64,000 nt of DNA. Origin: Adineta vaga (taxonomy: Eukaryota; Animalia; Rotifera). Shown piece after piece: positions 39,584-52,615 of the stretch. Position 1 is the first letter of the stretch, and each line of letters opens with the position of its first letter. The stretch is taken from the NCBI GenBank assembly GCA_021613535.1, contig CP075493.1:2294001-2358000 (forward strand). The letters run 5' to 3'. The notes beneath the pieces were generated by a model. It was given only the letters and a program-made list of their open reading frames with translations, did not search any database and had not been told where the DNA came from. The translations under genes and the position numbers were made by a program.

Positions 39584-40983
39584 ATTTCAATAGAAGAAGC
39601 AAAGAAATACAATGTGTTTGTTGTGCTTGAAAGTTTGATTTAAATGGATTTGATTGCCAACAACATGCCACGCTACGGTATTTAATAGGAGTTGTTCAGG
39701 TGAATTTAAATTGAAAATGCATCCAATCAAAACGAAAAATCTCACAAGTTTTTTTATTTGATTCATAGTGCCATCTGGATTTATTTTCAAATTCAAATTA
39801 TTATGAAAGAATAGAGATGTGTATATATATTGTACTCTAAGTACATATTATTGCTAATGGATCGAATAATTCAATAAATGAAAAGATGTCAAGATACAAA
39901 ATATCATATATCTTGTCATTGATGAGAAGACTGTTGTTTTCTAGCATTAGATTAGTTTAGATCAATAAACAACAGTATTTTGAGAACAATTGCAATAATG
40001 TCAATAACGATATGATTGACCTTCGTATTCAGATGGGTATATACATGCCGAAGAAACTGGCAATCTTAATAGTATTTAAAGTGTCTAAGGACATTTTTAC
40101 TGGTAATTATATTGATAGAAAACTTCTGAGACAGTATTACTTCGTCAAATAAAGATAAATATTTGTTTATGTCTAGTGATGTGACAACGTCCATCTCATG
40201 AAATTTACCATTCGATCTATCAATCATTTAATAAATCTTCGAATATTAACTTTTCTATCGCGTTTATGGATACAAAATCAAACAATCTTCATTCTCCAAT
40301 ATAATTAAGTACATCGTCTGTGCATAGATCAATAAATATTCGTTGGTTTTCGATAGTTTTTAGTGTGTATATATATATGTATAACAAATCAAACAAAAAA
40401 AGAGAGAAAAATACTGAACATATGTTAACGAATGTGTATAAATCTACAAAAGAAGACGACAAAAAAAGCATTGAAATGTGCAATGATCTATGCTATTCGA
40501 AAAGAAGAAACAGAAAAAAAACGATTCATGCAAAGAACAAACAATCTATGAATAAAATTAAAACAAAAAAGATAAATGGATAATGAAAAACAAAACAAAA
40601 AAAGCATTGCTTAACATATTTTTCTTTTGACACGAAGCTCTATATCATTTGCAATTAATGGAAATGTTGATGGGCATTAAGTAGTTGTGTTCGCAGAAAA
40701 TCTCGTCCCTGAGTTGACTAAATGACAAAAGAATGGAAGAGAACATATGCACGTCATTCATACATAATCGTTTCCATATAAGACAAGGTCATTGATGGCT
40801 ATCGTAGATCTTCATCATCACTTTTCCATCGATGGTTCATTCCATATGTATAAATAATTCTATTTACCAGTAATACAAAATGATGTAAAAGCCGAACAAA
40901 AGAAAAAGAAAGATATCCTATATCACCGGACGCGATTGTTTAATTTCAATATATGTGTGTGTGTTTTATTTTTGAACGAAAGA

Positions 40984-43204
40984 CTAAACATTTGAACTCG
41001 TTGGTGGGACACGATGAAAACCAGTTTTATTCGATGTGTTAGGTGTACGATAGTTAAAAAACCAGATAAGTGTACCGACAAGAATAACACTTATGACTGT
41101 AATAGCTAATAATGATAATGCAATCGATTTTAATCGTTTATTTTTTATTGTTAATTGCTGATGTTCATCAGGAATATCTGTTAATACTTGAGATTTATGG
41201 ATTGCTGATTCAGAGTTAATGTCATCATCAACTGTTGCGATTTCATTTGGATCAATAGGTTTATTTGCTTTGAATGATGAAGCATGTGAACCCTAAAATG
41301 AGAAAAGAACGAAAGATTTATAGTTGAAAACTAAATGAGTAAGTCTCTTAATTAGAAACTAACTATTTCAACTTTTTTATGAAAATATAGGATGAGGAGA
41401 CAAGGGAAAAGATGAAGCAAGAGAAAAATGCAAAATGTTGTACGAAGAAAGAGGGAGGAAAAAACGATTAACAATATAAAAAGATCACCAATGTGGTCCA
41501 TGATAGGAATATAATGGATTATTCTGAGGGAAATGTTTACGATTTTTCTTCTTTCCCTTTCTCGTTCGCTTTCTCACCGCGGAAGGAATTCGTGGTGGTG
41601 GTGATGATGATAATAATGACTGACTTGGCTGAATAATAATCACCTGTGTTTCTGCAAATGATGAATCACTCGATTCAATATGATTATTTGAATTAGGATA
41701 AACAGGTGGATGTCGAGGAATATATGAAGGTGAACGTTCAGGATTTGAATAAAATGGTATTGGATTATCATGAATACTTTCATCAATCGATGGAATAATT
41801 TCTTGATTGGTTTTTTGTTCTTTTGATGGAAAACGAAAACTTTTTACGACATCACATTCATTCAATTGACAACGTTCTTGTTGAGTATTGTCACATAATT
41901 CAACATAAGATTGTTCCGGTTTTTTCTTAATAAGATTTAAAATAAAATCATAAACACAATCACAAAATTCTGCTTGTGGTGGAAGAATAATCATTGATGG
42001 ATTTGATTTCTGTTGTTTTTGTAAATAACGTGCTAGAATACATTTTGCTGATGGATATAATTGATCAAGAATAACTTTTGAAAGATCAAAACGTGTTAAA
42101 TAATCTAAATGATCAAATGAATGTTCGGATAAATAACGAATATTTTGTCCAAGAGTAAAAAAACGAGTACGAGCTGCATGTTTAAATGTATTATCTAGAA
42201 AATAGATGTATGTCTTTGTTTGTTTGTTTATTAGAAAGAAAAATATCTTACCTTTAATTGTTTCAGCATCGAGTTCGATTGTTTCAAGATTAGGTAAATA
42301 TTGAAATCCATCAAAAGAACGATTATCAAAGAAGAATTTCGGTCGAACTAAATGAACACCATGTAAATTATGATAGGAAATAAATGTTGATGCATTCATT
42401 TTTCGTGGTTCATGTGCTTCAATACTCATTGAATTCACAGGATAATTAGGAAATTCTTCACTAGATACGATTTCAACCATTTTTGTAAACTTTCCCGAAC
42501 GAATTTTTCCATTAAAATAATTTCGAAGAGTATTATTTACTCGAGGTGTACAACCTAAAGATCATTTCGAATGTAAATACATCATTTAAATTAACTTCTT
42601 TTGTTTTTTTACCTTCCACTGCTAAACTACCAATATTTGTATTATTGAAAATCTCTTCAAATGAATATGGTTCTAATGATGAACTATGTAATGACATTTG
42701 ATCAACAATTAATTGACTAAATGCCATAGGTGAAAATGTAATATGTCCACTTGATGTTAATTCTAATGAAAGACTTGTTGTAAAATCAGATTTTTCTCCA
42801 AATAATTGATAAAATGAATAATCTTCGAAATGTAATTGAAGATAATCTTGAAATGTTAAGATAATTTTTATTGTCATTTGTCGTCTACCATGATTTGATG
42901 ATGAATAAGAACGAGGAAATAGATAAGAGATTTGATTAATAAACATTGCACTTATATTAAAATCTCTTGCATGAAATGTAAAATGAAATGAATCAAATGT
43001 ACGTGGATTATTTAATGTATAATTTGTTAATTGAATTGAACCATTAAGTGGTGTATGATGATTTGTACAAGTCAATTGGTCAGTTTGATTATTCAATGAT
43101 GAATGACATTCACATGACATATTTTCTAGTATATCACATGGTTTTGATGTAACCATTATGATAGAGATAAAGATAAGAATAATATCATTGATTATGTAAA
43201 CCAT
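40984..43204 (-). CDS. Single-pass LRR-like membrane protein (signal peptide, Cys N-cap, LRR-like repeats, Cys C-cap, TM helix, short tail)
   Basis: Hydrophobic N-terminus; C...C.C...LTC cap; repeats FDGFQYLPNLETIEL and SFDHLDYLTRFDLS; FCDCVYDFI cap. Last exon 41292-40984 encodes the TM SIALSLLAITVISVILVGTLIWFF and ends SSNV*. Confidence 0.78.
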
Positions 43205-43265
43205 TTTGTTGTTGAGCAAATGACTAGAAATAGATCTAGAAAGAAGATCAAAAGAAAGAATAATA

Positions 43266-43268
<3 letters not shown>

Positions 43269-43298
<30 letters not shown>
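43269..43298. repeat. (TA)n microsatellite upstream of the LRR gene
   Basis: Direct reading of the sequence. Confidence 0.9.
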
Positions 43299-43301
<3 letters not shown>

Positions 43302-45265
43302 TCTGTTGATTGTTGAATTGTATATGTATGTATGTACGTGATGAAACGTTATTACTACTTAGTTACTTGTTATCTAGGTACTATGAATGCAAATACTCAC
43401 TTATTCAAAGAAGTGTCCAAGGATGATAAATAACCACACAATGATGAGAAAGAACGAAGTCTACGAGTTAAGTGTTTACATATTTCTACATATTGTTTTT
43501 CTTTCTTTCTCTCTTCTCTTCTCTCTCTCTCTCATACCAACATTGACCGTCGATCATTTGTGAAAGTCTAGAGTGAAAATTGCATTTCATTTAGTAATCA
43601 AATCTGAGTAGGTGAGGGCATCAATGATGATGTGATATGATAGTCATAAAGAAAAAGAAAATTTTCTCTGCAGGGTATAAAAACGAACATTTAATATCTA
43701 TAATTATTCTTCTTTTTCAATGATATTTGTTTTATATGTATCGATATTAATTGATCTAAAACATAGTCAAGCGTAATAAATAGAGCTTGGCAACAGAGAT
43801 GAGTATTACATCATCATGAAGAGAAGGAAGAGTCAAAGAACCTTGTCAAACAAAGATAGAACACTTATCACTTTAGGAAAGAGATATAGAGATTGTTTAA
43901 TTGAGCTTTACTTCCATTTTGTATTGTTCTAGTATATTACATCATAAATTAGTTTATCATCGTTAAATATTTACTAAGAGAAAAAACTTCATTAGTATTA
44001 TTTACTACTTGAAGTCAATGAAAACGAAAAAAAAAAGAAAGTTGAATAGTTAGAAAGACTAATGGTAATGAAATGATAACAGACTTATGTCAACAGTAGT
44101 ATCTTCTCATTTTACATGCAAATAAATGCAAAAAATATGTATATGAGACCAACTGTTCTGCCTTCAACCTGTCCGAAGGTCATTAATGATAAAAGTGAAG
44201 TAATTTCTGTTATTCTATTTAGTTAAAATAATAATAATTTTCTAATAGAAAAGATAACTTGATAAATCATCGATTCTTCTTAGTTAGAAGTTATTTATCC
44301 TTGACAGCGATATCTTAGTCTAAACGAACTTCTTCGTCTTCGTCTGTCTAAATGATAATGATAATGCCAGTTTTTCCCTTTCTTTCTCGTTATTATCATT
44401 TGACCTCCAAAGAATGTCTCAGATGCGTCGTTTTCATTTATATTCTATCATAAAATCATAACTTAGACATTCTTACGTGTGCAAGGTAACATTCAAGCTG
44501 TAAAAAAAAGAATCCACAAGAACATATAGTATTCCTATCAATGCTTGACTTCGTTTTGTTTTAAATATAGTCGAAGTGAGAATAGAGTGAATAAACCTTG
44601 AAAGATAAGAATACATCGAAGAGAATGATTCTTTAAATAACTTGTTCGAAAGATATAATCAATCATTGATTATTTATAATTAACTTAATCTTATTAATAA
44701 AAAAAAATTAGTAAATATCTTGTAAATCTATTTGATGTATTAGTTTCTTATCAATTAATTGAATTAAATCAGAAGAGAAAAGAAAACGAACACTATTCAT
44801 AGATTTTTGTCTTCTCTTCAAATTTCAAATTCTCATCAAATTGATCAACTTACATGTATGAATGTATTGAATTACAAACTGTAATTGATACCTACTTTCT
44901 TTGAATCTCGTGTACTAATTATAATAACAATAATTTTGTCGTTCTTCTTTCATCAATGTAATCTCGAAGTATGTACAAAGAGAAATAAATGTTCCCTTAT
45001 ATATATATCGAGAGGAATAGAGAGAGATATAGGAATGAGAAGCGAGAATAAACCAGAAAAGAAACTGCACATTATCGTTTTATCTCATTCCATATCAACC
45101 GCAAAGACAACGAATGGAACGGTAATGGAAAAATAAATCCATTACATTGATATAAACAATTTGGTTGTAACTCGTTTCTTTCCGTTATGGATGACCTTTG
45201 AAATTTGTATCTGATCGGAAGGAAACAGGTTTTTATGTTTATTAAAAAAGACAAAATGTAAATCT

Positions 45266-45283
45266 ACACACACACACACACAC
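45266..45283. repeat. (AC)n microsatellite in the SMIM20 3' region
   Basis: Direct reading of the sequence. Confidence 0.85.
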
Positions 45284-45300
45284 GAAAGAAAAAATTGAAT

Positions 45301-45685
45301 TTATCCAGCTTTTTTTCGATCGAATGGATCACGCCAAACAGGCAAACCTAAATAGATTAATTAGATAATACAAAGAACGTCATCAATATTTACCAGTTGG
45401 TTGCACATCTTCCGGATTAATTTCAGCGCGATTATGTTTTTGAATATTACCTAAGTTTAAATCGAGAATTTCTTGAAGAAAATCTTCATTTGATAACTTA
45501 CGATATCGATCAATATTCAAATATGGATAAATAAATACTAATCCCATTCCTCCGGCAATTGCTGTAATAGTGGCAATAATGGCTACTCGCGTAGCAATTC
45601 CACCACTTTGTGCTGCACTCCATTTCGATGGAGTCAGTCGTAGATCAGGTCTTGGTAAACGTTTTTCTGTTGATTCCCGATTCAT
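45301..45685 (-). CDS. SMIM20: Small integral membrane protein 20 / phoenixin precursor (3 exons)
   Basis: TM segment followed by YPYLNIDRYR|NIQKHNRAEINPEDVQPT|GLPVWRDPFDRKKAG*, matching the NRAGI.QEDVQPPGLKVWSDPF signature. Confidence 0.9.
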
Positions 45686-45732
45686 AATGAGAAGAAAAAG
45701 AGAGAGAGAGAAAGAAAAATCTAGAATACAAT

Positions 45733-46623
45733 TTATTTTTTATCATTTCCGTCAAAACCAAAATAAAGCTGAAACATTTTCTCTAATTGTTTATCTTGTA
45801 AATATTGATAAAATTGTCCAAAATCTCCTTTGCCAGTATTATCAAGAAGTGAATTTAATTCTTCAAATTGTTTAAAACGTAAATTTTTATCATTCAAATC
45901 ACCAAGTAATTCTTTTTCTTTCATTTGTAATCTTTTCCATGTTAATTTACGTAAACGTGTCCAATATTCCTCAACATCTGACTCTTGACCTTCAACACAT
46001 ATAATACCAGGCTTACCTGGTAGAGAAAATCCATTCAAATGTAATTCATTCGCCCAATTGACAATATTTCGACGTTTTTCAGTATTATAAATATGATGAC
46101 TGTATATCCAAAGACGTGCATAAGATATTTTCATTGGAAGTTGTTCACTTGTTGTTATTTTTAATGGAAGAAAAAGTTGATGATGATCTTGAATCCAAGA
46201 AAGAAATTCCATAACATATGGTTCTTGTTCGGACGTTTTTCGACGAGAAATTGTTTAACTGCTTCACGAAATTTCCCATAACATTCACGAGAAAGATATG
46301 TACGAAGATGAATATCGACGGGTAATTCTGGATAATGAATTGGATAGATAAATTGAAGTTCAATTGTTGTCTATAGAATAGAAGAAAGGAAAAGAATTAA
46401 TCTTTGACAGACGAATAGAGATTACATTAATATCATTTAAGTGAAGTTTAAGAATAAAACTAAGATTTCTTGAAAGATTATCTTGATTTTCATTGATAAA
46501 TTGTTTCGCTTCATTGAATGCTTCACTATCATCAAGATAAAATTCATCTGTTGATGGATAACAACAACGTAATAATTCAATTTCGTTCAATTGTTGTTCA
46601 ATACATGAACGAATGGATGCCAT
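45733..46623 (-). CDS. RWDD2: RWD domain-containing protein 2 (RWD + DUF1115), 2 exons
   Basis: QLNEIELLRCCYP and YP motif of the RWD domain; RLWIYSHHIY..KR, GFSLPGKPGIICVEG, EEYWTRLRKLTWK. Confidence 0.92.
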
Positions 46624-46880
46624 TACAGATCTTTGTCTTTTATCAACAAGAAGTAAACGAAAAGAAATTATTGGGTTTTTTTTTCACATATTTTTTTTAA
46701 TGTCACAACAGAAAGAATGAAAACAATACAAAAATCGTTCATTTGAAGTCTTTGCTTTTCTTTTTAAACTAACTAGATGGATTTAAACAACAATAAAATG
46801 AGAAAAAAAACGGATGATTCCAAGAAATTTGAATGTTTTCGTTAATGATAATGTTGATTTTGTTTATCACAATCGATGAA

Positions 46881-48666
46881 TCATTTTATTAGGAAGCTAA
46901 TTGAAAAAAGGAAAAACATTATTTTGATTTCGAAAGAAGAGAAGACAATCCTACCTGTATGGATATCCTTGATATTTAGCTCGAAATACTGAGAGTAAGA
47001 AGCTGAAGAAGAAGACGACCATTAAAATACCAAGAACAGCTGTCATAGCTAAAAGAGAAGAAAATTCATAGACTATATTCTTTAGTGAAGTTAATCGATA
47101 TGTATGGTGAAATCATAGTCACGCTAGTCAAAATGATTTTTGTTCATAACATTCGATGAATAGATTGTTTAGGTGAATAATTACCTTTGCGTTTGCCAGT
47201 TTGACCGGTTAATTTAGGTGCTTCATTTAATAATATCATACCACCACAAACGCCGAAATGTAAAAAAAGAAAGAAAAACAAAAGTTAAGGGAAATAAGAT
47301 ATTCAAAGAAATTCCTAAAATAAAATAATCAGCCAGAAAAAGGATATAGAGTACGAAGACCTAAAACAGAAACGAAAACAATTCAATAAAAATCCATACA
47401 ATCTACAATTCTACGTACCACATAAGTTTCTGCAATGAATTGATATCCGGAACTTCCACTAAATAAACCCTAGAAAACATTTTGAGAAGAGAAAAACATC
47501 TCATTATTTATTCTAAATGAATACATACAATTTGTCCAGTTTGAGGATTACGATGTAAAAATGGTGATCCTCGAATACTATTCCAAATTTGTCCCGAAAT
47601 GCAAATTAAAATGGCCAACTAAACAAAACAGAATGCAATGAATACGATACGATATATTTCATCGAAATAGATCTTACAATTACAAACATTCCCCAAGCAA
47701 CTTGATTGTAAAGAAATTCTAGACTATTTCGTTTGATATAGAGAAGACCACCAATCATTGTAACAAGTAATACGACTAATAAAAATCCGGAATAATTTGG
47801 TGGACGAAAAACATGAATCTAAAGAGAAGTTCTGAATAACTGATGGAAGTTTTCATTCCTTCTGAACTTACATGAACATCGGCACGATCATGAATCCATT
47901 TTGCAATTTGTTCTGAAGAAAATCCCGAACTAGGAATGAAGTAGGTAATTTTAGAAGTTCATTATCGAAATCAACTTACCGACTGATATCCATGAAATCG
48001 TTCTTTTTTGGTTTCATTTTAGGGGGAAAATGAACAAAGACTGGAGCAGAATTTAGTTTTAACTAAAAACAAACAAACGATATTTATCAATAACATTCTC
48101 AATCAATCATATCTACGAATGAGACTTAGAATATTATATCTATCGATCAAATCTTTCCTCATTACTATTTTTGTTCTAGATATTCAAAAGAGAGTTGTAC
48201 ATACGTGTTGAAATACATCTTGTCCATCATCAAAATCCACCATACCAAAAAAGAGTTTATTTGTAAAAGCGCTTGAATATCGATAACTTTGGGCAACTAT
48301 TTGAAATTCATCATGAGCTTGTCTATACATCAAAATTATAAATAAGAAGAATTGAATATAGATAATCTTACTTGCACACACCACATTGTCTTTGTGGTGA
48401 AAGTGCGGTCAACATGATGATCATTGAATAATTTCGAGGAGCAGTTTTTACAAAATGTTTAAAACGTTCATTATTTAAACGAATAATCGGCTTTTTAAGC
48501 GACCAATCTGTTAATTGTTGAATTTTTTCCGAAAGAACATCCTAATTTCATCACAAACATAGATACAAGGTTAATTCGAGTTAATTTCTATTATACGAAC
48601 TTCTTTGCTAAGGACACTTATAAATGTACAAGTGCAAATAAAAAACAACCAAGTGAAATACTTCAT
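46881..48666 (-). CDS. MAGT1: OST3/OST6-family oligosaccharyltransferase subunit (MAGT1/TUSC3)
   Basis: Signal peptide; [23 protein letters not shown] (CxxC); [10 protein letters not shown]; RPPNYSG; [13 protein letters not shown]; QFIAETY; [17 protein letters not shown]. Confidence 0.95.
47260..47347 (-). other. U12-type (minor spliceosome) AT-AC intron in MAGT1/TUSC3
   Basis: On the minus strand: 5' ATATCCTTT, branch TTCCCTTAAC (47293-47284), 3' TTTAC. Removing it restores the frame [24 protein letters not shown]. Confidence 0.9.
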
Positions 48667-49122
48667 TGGAATGATCTATAATCAATGATAGATATGGAAA
48701 CAATTTTAAAGTAATTTTACGCTTTGACAAAATAAAAAATATCCTATCCTTAGTGTCCGTTGCAAATTTTCATTGGTTTTCCATAAAGATCAAATAAGAA
48801 TTCAATTTACTATTCTTAATAGATAGTTTAATAAATCATTATGAAAAAAAAATATTCCGAAGATTATATACGAATGATTATTTAATAGAAATTATAATCA
48901 ATCGAAATAATTTGGATAGATGGCATTAATAGTCGTGAATTGTACAAACAACTTTCTCACTCATCCAAGTACTCTCTTTTCCATCATCAGTCATGTTATT
49001 TATTCAAAGAAAAAACAAGATTACAAATATTTAGACAAGTAACAAAAACTCAATCGATTGAGTTTTTCTTACTTGTCTTATTAATTAAGAAAAATTCTAA
49101 TAAAAATTCAGTCATTTATATT

Positions 49123-52100
49123 TTACATGGTGGGGGATGGCGGAACAACAGAACTCAGTAGAGTTCTGTTTGTAAAAGTTTTCGGAATTATTGTAGTTTG
49201 ATGATGAAATGTACAAGCTGATTCTTTTGTCGTAACTGTAGGTATGTGAACTGCACGAAGAGGTTGTGTCGTTGAAGATGTTTTTGTGCCAGTCGAAATA
49301 TCACAATTCGGTTTTTTTGTTTTAGCAGATAAAAAACGACGACTTATAATTGATGATGTGATCATAGATGAAGAACTTGCATGAATTTGTTGAATAACAT
49401 TTTCAGTTGAGAATCTTCGAGATACCGGACAACGTAAAATATTTCGCGTAGGTACATTATGTGTTGAAGACGATCGAAGATTCTTAATTGATGAAGTACG
49501 TTTTGTTAAGATTCTAGGTTTTTGTTGATCAGAATTCAATGTTTGTTTATTATTTGGAGAAGGATCCTCCTGTTTTTGTTGATCAATCGATGGATGTTCG
49601 AATAGAATAGGTTGTACAGTTGATTTATCAATTGTATTAACATACGTATCACTTTCAGAATTCTCGTTAAGTGAATCAGGTTCACATAGTGATGTTTGAG
49701 ATTCAGTGCGAATTTTCATGTTTAAATTGATAAATGTTGATCCTGAACATATCGTATCATCGGCAATCTTCGGTGAAGAAAATAACTGAAAATAACAAAC
49801 TACTCTATCAAATATTCTGTAGAATTAGTGCAATATCAATGCATATTAGTAATAACAATCCTTGTGACAAAGTTTAGTTAAAAAAGAGTGAAAAAATCAA
49901 GCATTTGTTTTGTTGTTATATTAATTTCTTTACTGAAACTACCAGTCGTAGATACAAAGTTATGAACTAATGAAACAAGAACGAAACGAAATAAATATAA
50001 AACAAAAACAAAAAGAAGAAAAAAGAAAACAATAAAACAGAACGGACAACAAATACAAAGATTTAAATAACGTTAGAGACGTCACTGTTTTCTATAAATG
50101 AAGATCAATTTCATTTCCACCTTACATGTGTATGTACAGTTAATGAAAGATTAGTATCTTCGTAAACTAAGAAACGATATAAACAAAAAAATAAACCAGA
50201 ACAAAGATCAATGCGATCATGCTTTTCATTTGTCAATTTTTCGTCGAAATATTATTCAATGTCGAACGCCAAAGCTGATGAAAGATACTCGTATACCAAT
50301 ATGTTAACTATAAAAGCAGCACAAGCATAGGTGAAGTTAGATGTTAGTAAAAGTTAATCACGAATAGTTTTAGTAGAAAAGATTTCTTACTTCAGTCGAA
50401 CTTTGTGTAGATGAATCATTTTCTTTATTTAAATCTTTTCCAACAGATTGTCGTTGATGATATTTCATTGGTGTTGTGGTATGATTTTTTGATAATAATT
50501 GATCATTCGAAAAATCTGCAAGATGACGAATGGGTGATGTGACATAAGCAGATGTTTGATTTTCACATGCAGATATTGAAGTTGGTGTAGAAATGATTGT
50601 TGATTCTGTCATTGAACAATCCATATTTACATCTTCCGCTTCATTTACTGATGTTGTTGAAGTAAAAACATCATTCTAAGCATTAAAAAATGAACTTCTC
50701 TTCGTCTGTCTCGAAAATATTTACATTAAAACTTACTTTTTTATTTTGAAGGTAACTTGTTGCACATGGTTCAAGAACATTAAATGGTCGTTTTGTTAGA
50801 ACAGTTTTAGCTGTTGGTGAACAACCACGTTTTCTTGGTATGGTACTTGGTAATAAATTTTGAATTGTTTGTTCATGTTGTTCATCATAGGCAATATCTC
50901 GCGATGATGAAAATCGATCTCGTGAAATTCGATTAACTTTATAACGTTGACGAGATGTTATTGGTGTTAATGGAACATTTAAATGATCACGAAAAATATT
51001 TGTATCCGATGAACATGATTCATGAATATTTCGTAATGAACGTGATGGTGTTTGAAGAATTCGTTGTTGTTGTTGTTTGGTTAGTAATTCATTTCGACGA
51101 CGTTGTTCAAGATTTTGCATATGAGAAAGACGAAGTTTATCAATAAATTGACCGAGAGTTGATAGACAAATTTCCAGAGGTAAATCTCGTAAACAAAAAT
51201 ATATTGCTAAATCTTTTTCTCCTTTTTTTACTTGATTTTCATCATCAAATAATTTTGTAAATACAAGTTGTAAATCATTTAATGTTGTTTTGATATGTTC
51301 TGGTACAAAAACTAATTCAGTTTCCGATTGATTCAATGACAGATTCAATTGTGTATAACGTGCATATAATAAACGAATATCATGATAAATCGGTATATAT
51401 TTTAATGCTGAAAGATCTTTTAATTTCAAAAGAATTTGATTATCAAATAGATTTAATAATGTTGGATATTGTTCTTCCAAAGTTTGACAAAGTAAATGTG
51501 CAATAGTTGTATTTTGTTTTAATGTACGTGTAGAAAGAACAGATAAAAGTGAATCAAAATGAAGACCAGGTATTGTTTTACCTGTAATGCTGTTGTATAA
51601 TAAACAGAGTAAATGAAGTATACCTGGTAATTGTTCATTAGTTAAAATCATTTGAATACTTTCAAGAAGATCATGAATATGTTTACTTAAACGTTCCAGT
51701 TGTGTTGGTGCTTCTTCACGAAATTTTAAAAAGATCAATTTAAATTCATAAGCTGGTACACGAACAAGTTTAACGAAAAATTGTTCAATTAAAACTAAGC
51801 CATGTGTTGAACCTTTATGTGCCAAAACGCGTGCTTTATCTTCCGGTCGTTTATCAAACTGTTTATTTAATGCTGTAACAGCATCAAGCCTAAAATGATA
51901 CATAGAAAAATAAAGAATTTTTTCCATTCAAAAATTCTTACCATTCTGATTTCATATGTGTTTCATCAATTGCTCGAATAACATGATCAATACTAGCATC
52001 ATCATCATAATCTTTTTTAACTAATTGAAGTAAATGTCGCATTGGTACATCATAGAGCATTTTCGATGTGGCATCAAGTAAAACAAATGCCAATGGTCCA

Positions 52101-52615
52101 TCATCATTTAAACCACTTATTGCTCCTCCTCCTCCGATTGAACTTGTAGATACACTTGCTCGTCGATAACGACCAGTCACAGGAGATTTCATGTTGCCAA
52201 AATGTTGATCAAATACAGTTTGTTTTATACGAAGATTAGGTAAAATACATCGTGTCCATATATTATTATTTGATACATACATCGATGGTATTGAACGTGC
52301 TTGAATTTCAGTTAAATTTGCTCGATTAATAACAAGATTAACTTCTTGCTGTGGAAGTAATGTTTTAGAGTAATTTGTCATTGTATTCGTAAATACAGGT
52401 GGTGCTGGCGGTGGAGGAGGAGGAGGCGGTAATCCAACGAAACCATCAGAAGGCGACTGGCTTAATGATTCTGTGATAATAATAAAAAAAGAATAAGAGA
52501 CATATGATTATCGTTTCGTAAAATAAAAGTCATTTTTCAAATACTAACCATGTATGAAAACATCATCGTTTTCGGAACTGTCGTGATTAATCGTCGTCAT
52601 CGGAGTAGTCAACAT
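49123..52615 (-). CDS. Divergent formin (short FH1, degenerate FH2, long basic/Ser-rich tail; INF2/FHDC1-like)
   Basis: LPPPPPPPPAPP; NNIW; LLD; EQFFVKLVRVPAYEFKL; GLHFDSLLSVLSTR...TIAHLL; LAIYFC; coiled C-terminal helix QNLEQRRRNE. Confidence 0.75.
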
